Source: an uncultured Chloroflexia bacterium
GTDB lineage: Bacteria; Chloroflexota; Limnocylindria; Limnocylindrales; CSP1-4
Direction of reading: 5' to 3'
Assembly (NCBI GenBank): GCA_963749735.1
Contig: CAVVNZ010000006.1
Coordinates: 21,797-85,796 of the forward strand
Length of the DNA stretch: 64,000 nt
Within the stretch, counting starts at the first letter, position 1. Every line of letters starts with the position of its first letter. Under the pieces are notes generated by a model. The model ran no database searches and was not told where the DNA came from. It was given only the letters and a program-made list of their open reading frames with translations. Position numbers and translations under genes: made by a program. Below are positions 39,786 through 53,830 of the stretch, piece by piece.

Positions 39786-42623
39786 GTGCCAGCAACGACC
39801 GACCGGCTCTTCCCGGAGCCGCCCGAGGACGACGTCCCGTTCCCGCTCGGCGAGCCCCCGGGCGATCTTGCGGCCGAGGTGATCGAGGACGCCGGACCGG
39901 ACCCGCGGACCGGCCGTGGGCGTCGCCGCCGGAAGTCCACCGGCACGCTCGCTCCGGCGGGCGAGCTCCCCGCTGACGAGCCGCCCCTCCCGGACGACCC
40001 CGAGGGCAACCCGACGGCGAAGGGCCCGAGCCCGGCCGAGCGGGCGGCCGCCACGGAGGTCCTCGCCGAGCAGATCGTTGCGCGGCTCAACCCGGAGCAG
40101 GCCCGCGCGGTCACGACGACCGAGGGCCCGCTGCTCATCCTGGCCGGCGCCGGCAGTGGGAAGACGCGGGTCCTCGCCCATCGGGTCGCCTACCTCGTCG
40201 GCGTCAAGGGTGTTCGACCGTGGCAGATCCTCGCGGTCACGTTCACCAATCGTGCAGCCGGGGAGCTGCGCGAGCGGATCTCGGCGCTCATCGGGGATGC
40301 CGGTCGGGACGTCCAGACGGGCACGTTCCACGCGGTCTGCGCCCGCGTCCTGCGCCGCGATGGGACCGCGATCGGGCTCGACCCGCGGTTCGTCATCTAC
40401 GACACGGACGACCAGCAGACGCTGATGAAGCAGCTCCTCCGCGAGGAGGACCTGCCCACGACCGGCGAGTTCCGGCCGTCGGCGGTGCTCGGGGCGATCA
40501 GCCGGGCGAAGAACGAGATGGTCGACGCGGACGGCCTCGACGAGGTGGCCCTCAACCACCACGAGCGGATCGTCGCCCGGCTCGCCCGGTCCTACCAGGC
40601 GCGTCTGCGCGCCGTCGGCGCGCTCGATTTCGACGACATCCTGCTCGAGGCGGTCCGCCTGTTCCAGGAGGCGCCCGAGGTCCTCGGACGCTACCAGGAG
40701 AAGTGGCGCTACCTCCATGTCGACGAATACCAGGACACCAATCGAGCGCAGTACCTGTGGGTCCGCGCGCTCGCCGCGCGTTATCACAACCTGGCGGTCG
40801 TCGGCGACGACGACCAGTCGATCTATTCGTGGCGCGGGGCCGACCTCCGGAACATCCTCGACTTCGAGCGCGACGAGCCGACCGCCACGGTGGTCAAGCT
40901 CGAGCAGAACTACCGCTCGACCCAGCTGATCCTCGACGCCGCCCACGCGGTCGTGAGCCGCAACTCGGCGCGGAAGGACAAGAAGCTGTGGACGGAGAAC
41001 GCCGGCGGCCGGCCGATCCAGCGGTTCGAGGCCTACAACGAGGAGGAGGAGGCCGAGTGGATCGCCCGCCAGGTCGAGGAGCTGACCGGCGGCGCGAGCT
41101 CGATCCTCACCCGCCGGGCCGACGAGGACGGCGAGCGGCTCGCGCCGCGCGAGATCGCCGTGATGTACCGGACGAACGCACAGAGCCGAGCGATCGAGGA
41201 GGCCTTCCTGCGCTACGGCATCCGCTACCAGCTCATCGGCGGGACGCGCTTCTACCAGCGCCGCGAGGTCAAGGACGCCCTGGCCTATCTACGGATCCTG
41301 CGCAGCGATACGGATGCGGTCGCCTTCGAGCGGATCATCAACGTGCCGGCTCGGGGGATCGGCGAGAAGACGATCGAGGCGCTCCGCGGCGCGGTCGCGG
41401 GCGGGGCCGGGGCCGCCGAGACGGCCGAACCCGGCGACCGCGGGACGTTCTGGGGCGCGCTCGAGGCGGCCGTCGACGGGGGCGTGGACGGGATCGCCTC
41501 CCGCACCCGGACCGCGCTGGCCGACTTCGTCGCGTTCGTCCGAGCGATGCGCGCCCGGATCGGGGTGCTGCCGCTCCCGGAGCTCCTCGACGCGATCCTC
41601 GAGCGGTCGGGCTACCGGGCGATGCTGGCCGACGGCTCCGAGGAGGGCGAGGATCGCTGGAACAACCTCCTCGAGCTCCGCGCGGTCACGACCCGCTATG
41701 ACGACCTGTCGCCGGAGGACGCGCTCGACCGGCTCCTCGAGGAGACGGCGCTCGTCGCCGACCAGGACTCCTACGAGGGCGAGGCGGATGCGGTCACGCT
41801 GATCACCCTCCATGCCGCCAAGGGCCTCGAGTTCCCGGTCGTCTTCATCGCCGGCCTCGAGGAAGGGGTCTTCCCGCACAGCCGAGCGCTCGATGACGAG
41901 CGCGAGCTCGAGGAGGAGCGCCGCCTCGCCTACGTCGGGATCACCCGGGCGAAACGCCGTCTCTACCTGTCGCATGCCTGGCGGCGCGCGACCTGGGGGA
42001 TGGGCGGCGCGTCCGTGCCGTCCCGCTTCCTGCTCGAGATCCCGGCCGAGCTGATGGTCGGCCCGTCGCTGATCGCCGACGATGTCGAGCACGCCGAGGG
42101 TCCGCTGGATCTCGACCTCGTCTTCGGCGCACGACGCGCGTCGCGTTTCGGGACGCCGATCCGAGCCGGCGGTGGCGCGTATCGGCAGGGCAGCGGTCGA
42201 CCGGGAGCGCCGACGCCCCAGCCCGGCACGGGCGGGACGGGGTTCCAGCCGACGCGCGACCTGGCAGCCAGGCGCGAGGCCTACGCCGGTGGGGCCCGAT
42301 CCGGCTCGCTCGGGCGGCAGCCGAACGTGCCCGCCTGGGACGAGATCGACGACCACGATGCCGAGCCCGTCGACGAGGTGCCGGTCCGGCGGTCGGACGA
42401 CGGTCCCACGGAGCGCGGGGTCGTGCCGCCGCGCCCGATCGTGCCGGGCGAGCGCCGGTATCGTGACGGGGATCGGGTCCGCCACGTGCGGTTCGGCGAT
42501 GGGATCGTCGTGACCGCCCGGCTGACCCGCGACGACGAGGAGGTGACGGTGGCGTTCCGCGACCCGAGCGCCGGGCGGAAGACGATGCTCGCCAGCCTCG
42601 CCAACCTCGAGCTCCTCGGCTGA
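39786..42623 (+). CDS. pcrA: PcrA/UvrD SF1 helicase
   Basis: LNPEQ, AGAGSGKT, TFTNRAA, VDEYQD, VGDDDQSIY, LEQNYRS, TLHAAKGLEF, EERRLAYV; C-terminal GDRVRH..FG.G. Confidence 0.95.
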   Translation: MPATTDRLFPEPPEDDVPFPLGEPPGDLAAEVIEDAGPDPRTGRGRRRRKSTGTLAPAGELPADEPPLPDDPEGNPTAKGPSPAERAAATEVLAEQIVARLNPEQARAVTTTEGPLLILAGAGSGKTRVLAHRVAYLVGVKGVRPWQILAVTFTNRAAGELRERISALIGDAGRDVQTGTFHAVCARVLRRDGTAIGLDPRFVIYDTDDQQTLMKQLLREEDLPTTGEFRPSAVLGAISRAKNEMVDADGLDEVALNHHERIVARLARSYQARLRAVGALDFDDILLEAVRLFQEAPEVLGRYQEKWRYLHVDEYQDTNRAQYLWVRALAARYHNLAVVGDDDQSIYSWRGADLRNILDFERDEPTATVVKLEQNYRSTQLILDAAHAVVSRNSARKDKKLWTENAGGRPIQRFEAYNEEEEAEWIARQVEELTGGASSILTRRADEDGERLAPREIAVMYRTNAQSRAIEEAFLRYGIRYQLIGGTRFYQRREVKDALAYLRILRSDTDAVAFERIINVPARGIGEKTIEALRGAVAGGAGAAETAEPGDRGTFWGALEAAVDGGVDGIASRTRTALADFVAFVRAMRARIGVLPLPELLDAILERSGYRAMLADGSEEGEDRWNNLLELRAVTTRYDDLSPEDALDRLLEETALVADQDSYEGEADAVTLITLHAAKGLEFPVVFIAGLEEGVFPHSRALDDERELEEERRLAYVGITRAKRRLYLSHAWRRATWGMGGASVPSRFLLEIPAELMVGPSLIADDVEHAEGPLDLDLVFGARRASRFGTPIRAGGGAYRQGSGRPGAPTPQPGTGGTGFQPTRDLAARREAYAGGARSGSLGRQPNVPAWDEIDDHDAEPVDEVPVRRSDDGPTERGVVPPRPIVPGERRYRDGDRVRHVRFGDGIVVTARLTRDDEEVTVAFRDPSAGRKTMLASLANLELLG

Positions 42624-45974
<3,351 letters not shown>

Positions 45975-46019
45975 CCGGGGTCCCCCAGGATCCATCGGGG
46001 CCACTCCAGCCCCGTGAGG

Positions 46020-46907
46020 TCAGCCGATGGCGTAGCTGACCTGGCCCCAGATCGCGTCGGGGTGCCAGTCGATCGGCGCGCCGCGGATCATCCGCGTCAA
46101 CCCGCGCTCGCCTCGCCAGCCGAGGTTCTCCAGGACGCCCAGCCCGGCGCGGTTGACCTCCGGGATGGCGGTCCGGACGTCGCTCCCCGGCGCGGAGCGG
46201 CGCCGGCGGGCGTCGAGCAGGCGGATCCCGTCGGGGAGGGCCGGCGCCACCGTCGGATGGGTCCCCCAGGGAACACGCGCGTCGAACCCGACGAGCTCGC
46301 CCGATGTCCGGACGGCGACGACGGTCTCGTCCGTACCGACCACCTCGCGCAGGAGGTGGGAGCGGTCCTCGCCGGTCGCCGCGCGGTCCAGCGCGAGGAT
46401 CGCCGGCAGATCGGCCGGCGCGAAGGCGCGCAGCCGACTCGCGCCGTCCTGGCCGGCCGACCGGTCGGTCTCGGTCTCGACCCCGGTCGGATCGTCGTCG
46501 CGCCCGCCCGCCGGCGCGACGAGCAGGCGGTAGTCCATCTCGGCCGAGAACCCCAGCCGGTCGTAGACGGGTCGCCCGAGCGGCGATGCGAGCAGGACCA
46601 TCGACCGGCATCCCGCGGCCTCGAGCGCGTCCATGACGGCGGCGGTGAGCGTCGTGCCGAGTCCGCGTCCACGAAGCGCCTCGTCGACGAAGATCATCCC
46701 GACCCAGCCGACGCGGCCGTTGACGGTGGCCACGCCGGTCCCGGCGATCCGACCCTCGACTTCGGCCACGAACGGCCGGCACGCATGGTGCCGGACCGCG
46801 AACGCGAGGAACTTGCGGCGGTCTCCCCAGCCGCCGCCGATCATCACCTCGGCGGCCGGATCGGCATCCTCGGGGCGCATCGGGCGGATCGCGGCCGGCT
46901 CGTCCAT
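46020..46907 (-). CDS. GNAT acetyltransferase (tandem GNAT, YitH-like)
   Basis: RGRGLGT motif A, G.PVY.RLGF; TACGAT 6 nt before the ATG. Confidence 0.85.
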   Translation of the reverse strand: MDEPAAIRPMRPEDADPAAEVMIGGGWGDRRKFLAFAVRHHACRPFVAEVEGRIAGTGVATVNGRVGWVGMIFVDEALRGRGLGTTLTAAVMDALEAAGCRSMVLLASPLGRPVYDRLGFSAEMDYRLLVAPAGGRDDDPTGVETETDRSAGQDGASRLRAFAPADLPAILALDRAATGEDRSHLLREVVGTDETVVAVRTSGELVGFDARVPWGTHPTVAPALPDGIRLLDARRRRSAPGSDVRTAIPEVNRAGLGVLENLGWRGERGLTRMIRGAPIDWHPDAIWGQVSYAIG

Positions 46908-46966
46908 CCATCGATCGTAGCCGAGGGGCCGGCTGTCCATCCGGGTCGGTCGGCTATCATCGGGCC

Positions 46967-47263
46967 ATGGCCGCCCTGTCCCGCGACGAGGTCGCACACG
47001 TCGCCCATCTGGCCCGGCTCGGGCTGTCCGCGGCTGAGCTCACCCGGCTCGAAGGCCAGCTGAACCACATCCTCGAGCAGTACGCCAAGCTCGCCGAGCT
47101 CGACACCGAGTCGATCGCCCCGACGGCCCAGACGATCGAGCTCGAGAACATCCTCCGCGACGACGTGGCGACTGCCTCGCTCCCGGTCGAAGATGTCCTG
47201 GCCAACGCGCCCGAGCGCCGCGGCGACTTCATCGTCGTCCCGGCCATCATGTCCGGCGAATGA
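46967..47263 (+). CDS. gatC: Asp/Glu-tRNA amidotransferase subunit C
   Basis: VAHVAHLARL, LRDD, NAP...F.VP. Confidence 0.95.
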   Translation: MAALSRDEVAHVAHLARLGLSAAELTRLEGQLNHILEQYAKLAELDTESIAPTAQTIELENILRDDVATASLPVEDVLANAPERRGDFIVVPAIMSGE

Positions 47264-48843
47264 CCGACCCGACCCGCCTGAGCGCGCACGAGCTGGCGGC
47301 GCACCTCCGGGCCGGCGAGCTGAGCTCCCGTGAGGCTACCGCGGCGGCCATCGAGGAGGCCGAACGTGGCAACCGCGCGCTCAATGCCTGGCTGACGATC
47401 GACCGCGAGCGTGCCCTGGCCGAGGCGGACAGCGCCGACGCCGAGCTCGGCCTGGCCCGCGCGGGCGGCCCCGCAGCGCTCGACGCGCTGCATCCGCTGA
47501 TGGGCGTCCCGGTCGCGCTCAAGGACCTGGTGTCGATCAAGGGTGGCCAGTGCACCGCCGGTTCGCGGATCCTCGACGGCTACCGTGCTCCGTACGACGC
47601 CCACATCACCGAGCGTCTCCGTCATGTCGGCGCGGTCGTGGTGGGCAAGACGAACATGGACGAGTTCGCGATGGGCTCGTCGACCGAGCACTCGGCGTTC
47701 GGCCCGACGGCGAACCCGTGGGACCTCGAGCGGGTGCCCGGCGGGAGCAGTGGCGGGTCGGCGTCGGCGGTCGCCGCCTTCCACGTGCCGCTCGCGATCG
47801 GGACCGACACCGGCGGTTCGATCCGACAACCCGCTGCGCTGACCGGCATCGTCGGGATGAAGCCCACCTACGGACGGGTCAGCCGGTACGGCATCGTCGC
47901 CTTCGCGTCGTCGCTCGACCAGATCGGACCGTTCGCCCGGAACGCGACCGACGCCGCGGCGCTCCTCCATGCGGTCGCCGGCCGCGACGAGCGCGACTCG
48001 ACCTCGGCGCCGGTCCCGGTCCCGGACGGGCTGCTGCACCTGACGGCGTCCGACGACGCGGCCGCCGGCGCGTTGCGCGGCAAACGGCTCGGTCTGCCGA
48101 AGGAGTACTTCGTCGCCGGCATGGAGCCCGGCACGGAGGCCCGCGTCCGGGCGGCCGTCGCGGCACTCGAGGCGGCCGGCGCGATCGTCGAGGAGGTCAG
48201 CCTGCCCCACACGGACTACGGTCTGGCCACGTACTACATCGTCGCCCCGGCCGAGGCGTCGGCCAACCTCGCCCGTTACGACGGCATCCGGTACGGCCCG
48301 GCGGCCCGCGACGGCGACATCCTCGCCAACTACCTGGCCACGCGCGGAACGGGCTTCGGCGACGAGGTCAAGCGTCGGATCATGCTCGGGACCTATGCCC
48401 TGTCGGCCGGCTACTACGACGCGTTCTACCTGAAGGCGCAGAAGGTGCGGACGCTGATCAAGGCCGACTTCGACGCGGTCTGGGCGGCGGGCTTCGACGC
48501 GATCGTGGCGCCGACCAGCCCCGGTGTGGCGTTCCGGTTCGGCGCGAAGATGGACGACCCGGTCGCGATGTACCTCAACGACGCCTGCACGCTGCCGGTG
48601 AACATGGCCGGGCTACCCGGCGTGTCGATCCCGTGCGGCCTGGCCGACGGCCTGCCGGTCGGTCTCCAGCTCATCGGCGCGCCGTGGACGGAGCTCGGCC
48701 TGCTCGAGCTCGCCCGCGGCTACGAGGGCCTGACGCGGGACGCGGATTGGCGCCGCCTCGAGCCGACCGACCTGCCGCGCAGCCTCGATCCGGCCGCCCC
48801 GACGCCGGCCGAGCGAGCCGCCGCGGCCGGGAGTCACGCCTAG
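47260..48843 (+). CDS. gatA: Asp/Glu-tRNA amidotransferase subunit A
   Basis: GKTNMDEFAMGSS, PGGSSGGS, DTGGSIRQPA, EVKRRIMLGTYALSAGYYDA. Confidence 0.97.
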   Translation: MTDPTRLSAHELAAHLRAGELSSREATAAAIEEAERGNRALNAWLTIDRERALAEADSADAELGLARAGGPAALDALHPLMGVPVALKDLVSIKGGQCTAGSRILDGYRAPYDAHITERLRHVGAVVVGKTNMDEFAMGSSTEHSAFGPTANPWDLERVPGGSSGGSASAVAAFHVPLAIGTDTGGSIRQPAALTGIVGMKPTYGRVSRYGIVAFASSLDQIGPFARNATDAAALLHAVAGRDERDSTSAPVPVPDGLLHLTASDDAAAGALRGKRLGLPKEYFVAGMEPGTEARVRAAVAALEAAGAIVEEVSLPHTDYGLATYYIVAPAEASANLARYDGIRYGPAARDGDILANYLATRGTGFGDEVKRRIMLGTYALSAGYYDAFYLKAQKVRTLIKADFDAVWAAGFDAIVAPTSPGVAFRFGAKMDDPVAMYLNDACTLPVNMAGLPGVSIPCGLADGLPVGLQLIGAPWTELGLLELARGYEGLTRDADWRRLEPTDLPRSLDPAAPTPAERAAAAGSHA

Positions 48844-48892
48844 CGAGGGTGGTGCGGCCGGTCCGGAGTCGTGCAGGTGACACGGGCCGCGT

Positions 48893-49744
48893 TCAGGACG
48901 TTCGTCGCGCCTCGTAGCCGCCGCCCTCGGCGACCCTGACCTCGTAGGCGGGCTGGTCGTAGGCGGTCGGGCCTCGACGGCGCCTGCCCGTCGCAAGCTC
49001 GAACCGCGAGCCGTGCCACGGACACTCGATCAGCCCGTCGACGACCTGCCCGCCGCTCAGCGGCCCACCGGCGTGGGCGCACTGGTCGTGGAGGGCGAGG
49101 ATCGTCTCCCCGTTCCGGACCAGGACGAGGGTCTGGATCCCCGCCTTGGCCTTCACCGGCGTGCCTTCCGGGATCTCGGCGACGTCGAGGGGCTGCCACT
49201 TCGCGCCCGCGGGTCGCCAGGCATGACGATCGACCATGTTGCCGAGGGCGAACACCACGTCGCCACCGGCGAACGCCCCCGCCGACAGGATGAGGAAGGC
49301 GACGATCGACAGGCCGACCGGGATCGTGCGGTCGGCCGGCGACCCGGCTCGGAGGCCGAGCGACACCAGGTAGACGATCAGCGCGAGGATCATCAACGTG
49401 CTGTGGACCGTCGCCCGAGCCCGCGCCCGACCGTCGGTCACGGAGTAGTCGGCGAACCCCACCACCGCCGAGGCGAGCATCGCCAGGACCCCGAAGACGA
49501 GGGCGACGTCGGCGGCCGTGGGCTGGCCCAGGAGATCGAACACGATGACCAGGAAGAGCGCGCCGATCGGCGCGTCGGTCAGGACCGCATGGAGCGGGTG
49601 GCCGAGCCACGTCCCGTTGAGCAGGCTGCGGACCGGGACCATCCGCCGGAAGATCGCGTCGACCAGGCCGTGGACCCAGTCTCCGACCGGCCGCGCCCAC
49701 GGTTCCTGGGCATCGATCAGCCTGATGAACAGGCGTCCGAGCAT
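48893..49744 (-). CDS. Membrane (DUF2231-like) + Rieske [2Fe-2S] fusion protein
   Basis: GTWLGHPLH..LTD.PIG N-domain; CAH...CPWHGS Rieske ligands. Confidence 0.88.
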   Translation of the reverse strand: MLGRLFIRLIDAQEPWARPVGDWVHGLVDAIFRRMVPVRSLLNGTWLGHPLHAVLTDAPIGALFLVIVFDLLGQPTAADVALVFGVLAMLASAVVGFADYSVTDGRARARATVHSTLMILALIVYLVSLGLRAGSPADRTIPVGLSIVAFLILSAGAFAGGDVVFALGNMVDRHAWRPAGAKWQPLDVAEIPEGTPVKAKAGIQTLVLVRNGETILALHDQCAHAGGPLSGGQVVDGLIECPWHGSRFELATGRRRRGPTAYDQPAYEVRVAEGGGYEARRTS

Positions 49745-49878
49745 CGGCTCGCCCTCCTCGCTCCGGAGCTGGACCGGCGTGTCCGCCTGATGGTACGGCG
49801 CACCGGTCGGGCCGGATCTCCGCGGAGCCGGGCGGTCGGCGCGACCGGTGGCGGAGGATGGTCCCTATACTCGCCAGC

Positions 49879-51111
49879 ATGACGACCGAGGCCAACCCCT
49901 CCGCAGCGGCACCCCGCGCAGAGCGCCGGCCGCTCGCGGAACGCGCGCTCAGCCAGCGCGTGCGGGACGTCCCGCCCTCGGGGATCCGACGCTTCTTCGA
50001 CATCCTGGCGACGATGGACGACGTCATCAGCCTGGGCGTGGGTGAGCCGGATTTCGACACCCCGGCGGACATCGTCGAGGCCGGCGTCGCCAGCCTCCTC
50101 CGCGGGCGGACGCACTACACCAGCAACTACGGCACGATCGAGCTCCGCCGAGCCCTGTCGGCGCATCTCGAGGGACGCTACGGCGTCCACTACGACCCGG
50201 CGACCGAGATCCTGGTGACGGTCGGGGCGTCGGAAGCGGTCGACCTCGCCTTGCGCGCCACCTGCGACCCGGGCGACGAGGTGATCCTCCACGAACCGTC
50301 GTACGTCGCGTACGTCCCGGCCATCGCGTTCGCCGGTGGCGTGCCGATCCGGGTCGCGACCCGCGTCGAGGACGATTTCGCGCTCGATCCGGCGGCGGTC
50401 GAGGCAGCCGTCACCCCGCGGACCAAGGCCCTGTTCCTGGGCTATCCGTGCAACCCGACGGGGGCCGTCCTGCCCGATGCCGTGCAGGACGAGCTGGCGG
50501 CGATCGCGGCTCGCCACGACCTGCTCGTGTACAGCGACGAGATCTACGACCGGCTGGCGTACGGCTCGTATCGCCATCGAGCGTTCTCCGGGCTGCCGGA
50601 CATGCGCGAGCGGACGATCCTGATGGGGGGCTTCTCGAAGGCCTACGCGATGACCGGCTGGCGGGTCGGCTATGTCGCGGCGCCGGCCGGGATCCTGGAG
50701 GGCATCGTCAAGGTCCATCAGTACGGCATCATGTCCGCCCCGACGATCGCCCAGGATGCCGCGCTCGCGGCACTCCTCCACGGCGAGCAGGATGTCCAGC
50801 GGATGGTCGCCGAATATGATCGTCGCCGGAGGTTCCTGGTCGACGGGCTCAATGCCCTCGGCCTTCGCACGTTCGAGCCGCGTGGCGCCTTCTACGCCTT
50901 CCCGGAGATCAGCACGACCACGGGCCTCGACTCGGACACCTTCACCGAACGCCTCCTGATGGAGGAACGCGTGGCGGTCGTGCCGGGCAGCGCCTTCGGG
51001 GCGTCGGGCGAGGGGCACGTCCGGATGTGCTACGCCACCGCCTTCGAGCAGATCGAGGAAGCGCTCCGCCGGATCGGCCGGTTCGTCGAGCGGACGCGGA
51101 CCGCCGCCTGA
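49879..51111 (+). CDS. PLP-dependent aminotransferase class I/II
   Basis: LGVGEPDF, PCNPTG, SDEIY, FSKAYAMTGWRVG; TATACT 7 nt before the ATG. Confidence 0.93.
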   Translation: MTTEANPSAAAPRAERRPLAERALSQRVRDVPPSGIRRFFDILATMDDVISLGVGEPDFDTPADIVEAGVASLLRGRTHYTSNYGTIELRRALSAHLEGRYGVHYDPATEILVTVGASEAVDLALRATCDPGDEVILHEPSYVAYVPAIAFAGGVPIRVATRVEDDFALDPAAVEAAVTPRTKALFLGYPCNPTGAVLPDAVQDELAAIAARHDLLVYSDEIYDRLAYGSYRHRAFSGLPDMRERTILMGGFSKAYAMTGWRVGYVAAPAGILEGIVKVHQYGIMSAPTIAQDAALAALLHGEQDVQRMVAEYDRRRRFLVDGLNALGLRTFEPRGAFYAFPEISTTTGLDSDTFTERLLMEERVAVVPGSAFGASGEGHVRMCYATAFEQIEEALRRIGRFVERTRTAA

Positions 51112-51203
51112 GGCGGCGGTACCCGGTCGAAACCGGTGCGCCGCGGAGCCGGTTCCCGGTGACCCGACCTTCCGCGCTTGGACGCCTATGCCAGAATGCC
51201 GGC

Positions 51204-51464
51204 GTGGGATTCGTCCTCGTCGCCTGTGGCCTCATCGCGACCGCCGTCGGGACCTGGCGGGGGTACGTCGTGGCTCGAGAGGCCCTCGGCCCGATGGTCC
51301 ACGACGACGGCGATCCGACGCGCCGCGCGATCGACGCGAGCCGTCCGCTGATCGCCCGGATGCGGGTCCGGACGTTCGCCCGCCGCACGGCGGTCGCCAT
51401 CGGCTGGCTGTTCATCGCGACCTACGGGCTCGCCCTCATCGATCGCGGGATCTCGCTCACGTGA
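51204..51464 (+). CDS. Small 2-TM hypothetical protein
   Basis: Two hydrophobic helices; stop overlaps the gatB GTG. Confidence 0.65.
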   Translation: MGFVLVACGLIATAVGTWRGYVVAREALGPMVHDDGDPTRRAIDASRPLIARMRVRTFARRTAVAIGWLFIATYGLALIDRGISLT

Positions 51465-53011
51465 CCGCCGTCGACCCGCCGGGCGATGCCACCGCCGCCG
51501 CCACGACCGCGTCCGACGTCCTCGACCGCTGGGAGCCGGTCATCGGGATCGAGGTCCACTGCCAGCTCCGCACCGAGAGCAAGATGTTCTGCGGCTGCTC
51601 GGCCGCCTACGACGGCGCTCCCCCGAACACCCACACCTGTCCGGTCTGCCTGGGGCTTCCCGGCGCGCTCCCGACGATCAACCGTCGCGCGGTGGAGGGC
51701 GTCCTGGCGACCGGCGCCGCGATCGGTGCGTCGACCCCGGACGCCACCCGCTGGGATCGCAAGAACTACTTCTATCCGGACCTGCCCAAGGGCTACCAGA
51801 TCAGCCAGTACGAGCTGCCCCTCGCGGCCCACGGGTCGCTGACGTTCGACACGAGCGGCGGCCCGGTCACGATCGGCGTGACGAGGGCTCACCTCGAGGA
51901 GGACACCGCCAAGCTCATCCACGAAACCGACGCTGCCGGTCGACGGGTCAGCCTGGTCGACTTCAACCGGTCGGGCGCCCCGCTCATGGAGATCGTGACG
52001 GACCCGGACATCCGGAGCGCCGAGCAGGCCCGCCGCTACGCCGAGGAGCTCCAGCTCCTCCTCCGCGCGATCGACGTGTCCGATGCCGACATGGAGCACG
52101 GCCAGATGCGGGTCGAGGCCAACGTCTCGCTGCGACGGCGCGGGACCGAGCCCTTCGGGACCCGGGTCGAGGTCAAGAACATGAACTCGTTCCGGTCGGT
52201 CGAGCGGGCCATCGCGTTCGAGATCGAGCGCCAGGCAGCCGCCATCGAGGCGGGCGAGATCCTGACCCAGGACACCCGCGGCTGGGACGACAGCCGGGGC
52301 GTCACCTACGTGATGCGGTCGAAGGAGGACTCCCACGACTATCGCTACTTCCCGGAACCCGACCTGCCCCCGCTGCGGGTGGATCGGGCCTGGCTGGAGG
52401 TCATCCGGGCCGGCCTGCCGGAGCTCCCGGCGGCGCGTCGAGCGCGGTATGTCGCCGACGCCGGACTGTCCGGCTATGACGCTGCGGTGATCGTCGCCGA
52501 CCCGGCGATGTCGGCGGCCTTTGAGGCGATCCGGGCGGCGGGACCGGACCTGCCGCCGAAGGAGGTCGCGAACCTCGTCAGCGGCGACTACGCCCGGGCC
52601 GCGAAGGGGACCGACGCGCGGACCGCCGCCGGGCTGGTCGGTCGGTCGTCCGGGCCGGAGCTGGCGGATCTCGTCCGGCGGGTGCTCGCCGGCGACCTCA
52701 GCCGCGCCAACGCCCGCGAGGTCCTCGACGAGCACATCGCCTCGGGACACACCGTGGCCGCCATCGTCGACGAGCGCGGCTTCCGGCAGATCTCGGACAC
52801 CACGGAGCTCGACGGCATCGTCGCGATGGTGATCGCCGCCAATCCCAAGGCGGTGGCCGACTATCGGGCCGGCAAGCCGACGATCGGCTTCCTCGTCGGC
52901 CAGGTGATGAAGTCGACCGGCGGACAGGCCAACCCGGGTCTCGTCCAGGGCGCCGTCCGGCGACAGCTCGACCGTGACCCGGCGGAGGGACCCGGGTCCG
53001 CCGACCGATGA
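51461..53011 (+). CDS. gatB: Asp/Glu-tRNA amidotransferase subunit B
   Basis: IGIEVH, DRKNYFYPDLPKGYQISQ, HLEED, EVKNMNS, DYRYFPEPDL, GQVMK. Confidence 0.97.
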   Translation: MTAVDPPGDATAAATTASDVLDRWEPVIGIEVHCQLRTESKMFCGCSAAYDGAPPNTHTCPVCLGLPGALPTINRRAVEGVLATGAAIGASTPDATRWDRKNYFYPDLPKGYQISQYELPLAAHGSLTFDTSGGPVTIGVTRAHLEEDTAKLIHETDAAGRRVSLVDFNRSGAPLMEIVTDPDIRSAEQARRYAEELQLLLRAIDVSDADMEHGQMRVEANVSLRRRGTEPFGTRVEVKNMNSFRSVERAIAFEIERQAAAIEAGEILTQDTRGWDDSRGVTYVMRSKEDSHDYRYFPEPDLPPLRVDRAWLEVIRAGLPELPAARRARYVADAGLSGYDAAVIVADPAMSAAFEAIRAAGPDLPPKEVANLVSGDYARAAKGTDARTAAGLVGRSSGPELADLVRRVLAGDLSRANAREVLDEHIASGHTVAAIVDERGFRQISDTTELDGIVAMVIAANPKAVADYRAGKPTIGFLVGQVMKSTGGQANPGLVQGAVRRQLDRDPAEGPGSADR

Positions 53012-53280
53012 GCGTCGTCAACGCCGTCCTCATCGTCGGGGGTCTGGTCCTCATCGTCGTCGGCTGGCGGCGGGCACGCGGTCCGTGGGCGCGCTACCGT
53101 GAGCTCAAAGCCGAGGACGCCAACATCGCCCGGTACGAGGCGTGGCGCGGTGGTCTGCGCGACGAGGGCAAGACCGGTGCGTCCGTCGCGATGGAGATCC
53201 TCCAGCGTCAGGCCCGGCTGGGTGCGCTCGTCGCCGCCTTCGGCGTCGTGCTCGTCGTGGCCGGTCTCCTCGTGAAGTAG
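53008..53280 (+). CDS. Small 2-TM hypothetical protein
   Basis: ATGA overlap with gatB; terminal hydrophobic helices. Confidence 0.7.
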   Translation: MSVVNAVLIVGGLVLIVVGWRRARGPWARYRELKAEDANIARYEAWRGGLRDEGKTGASVAMEILQRQARLGALVAAFGVVLVVAGLLVK

Positions 53281-53289
53281 GGGTCGCCG

Positions 53290-53820
53290 ATGGTTCGACG
53301 CAAGCACGTGGTCCGGCCGTTCGATCGCGACCGTGACGAGGCCTGGGCCGCCGGCTGGCTCGACGACCGACTCGGGGGGCGTCGACAGGCGAGGCGGGGC
53401 GAGGTCATCGACGTCCTCGAGGCGGGACTGGGTCTCGTCGCGGAGCGGCACGGCGACCCGGCCGGACTGCTGACCTATCGGTTCGACGAGGATGCCGTCG
53501 AGCTGAGCGCGCTCGCGGCGGATCCCAGGCACGGCGGGATCGGGACCGCACTGCTCGAGGCCCTGATCGATGTCGTCGGGGCGGCCGGCCGGCACTGGAT
53601 CTGGGTCGTCACGACCAACGACAACCTCGACGCGCTCCGCTTCTACCAGCGGCGCGGGTTCCGGATCGGCGAGGTTCGCGTCGGGGCGGTCGACCGGGCG
53701 CGGCTGTCGATCAAGCCGTCGATCGCCGGGATCGGCGACTACGGGATCCCGCTGCGGGACGAGTTCGAGCTCGTCCTGGACCTGCGGCTCGAGGAGCCGG
53801 CGGCGCGCGTCGCGCCGTAG
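53290..53820 (+). CDS. GNAT acetyltransferase
   Basis: GIGTALL, TTNDNLDALRFYQRRGF, GIPLRDE. Confidence 0.9.
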   Translation: MVRRKHVVRPFDRDRDEAWAAGWLDDRLGGRRQARRGEVIDVLEAGLGLVAERHGDPAGLLTYRFDEDAVELSALAADPRHGGIGTALLEALIDVVGAAGRHWIWVVTTNDNLDALRFYQRRGFRIGEVRVGAVDRARLSIKPSIAGIGDYGIPLRDEFELVLDLRLEEPAARVAP

Positions 53821-53830
53821 TGGTCGCGCC

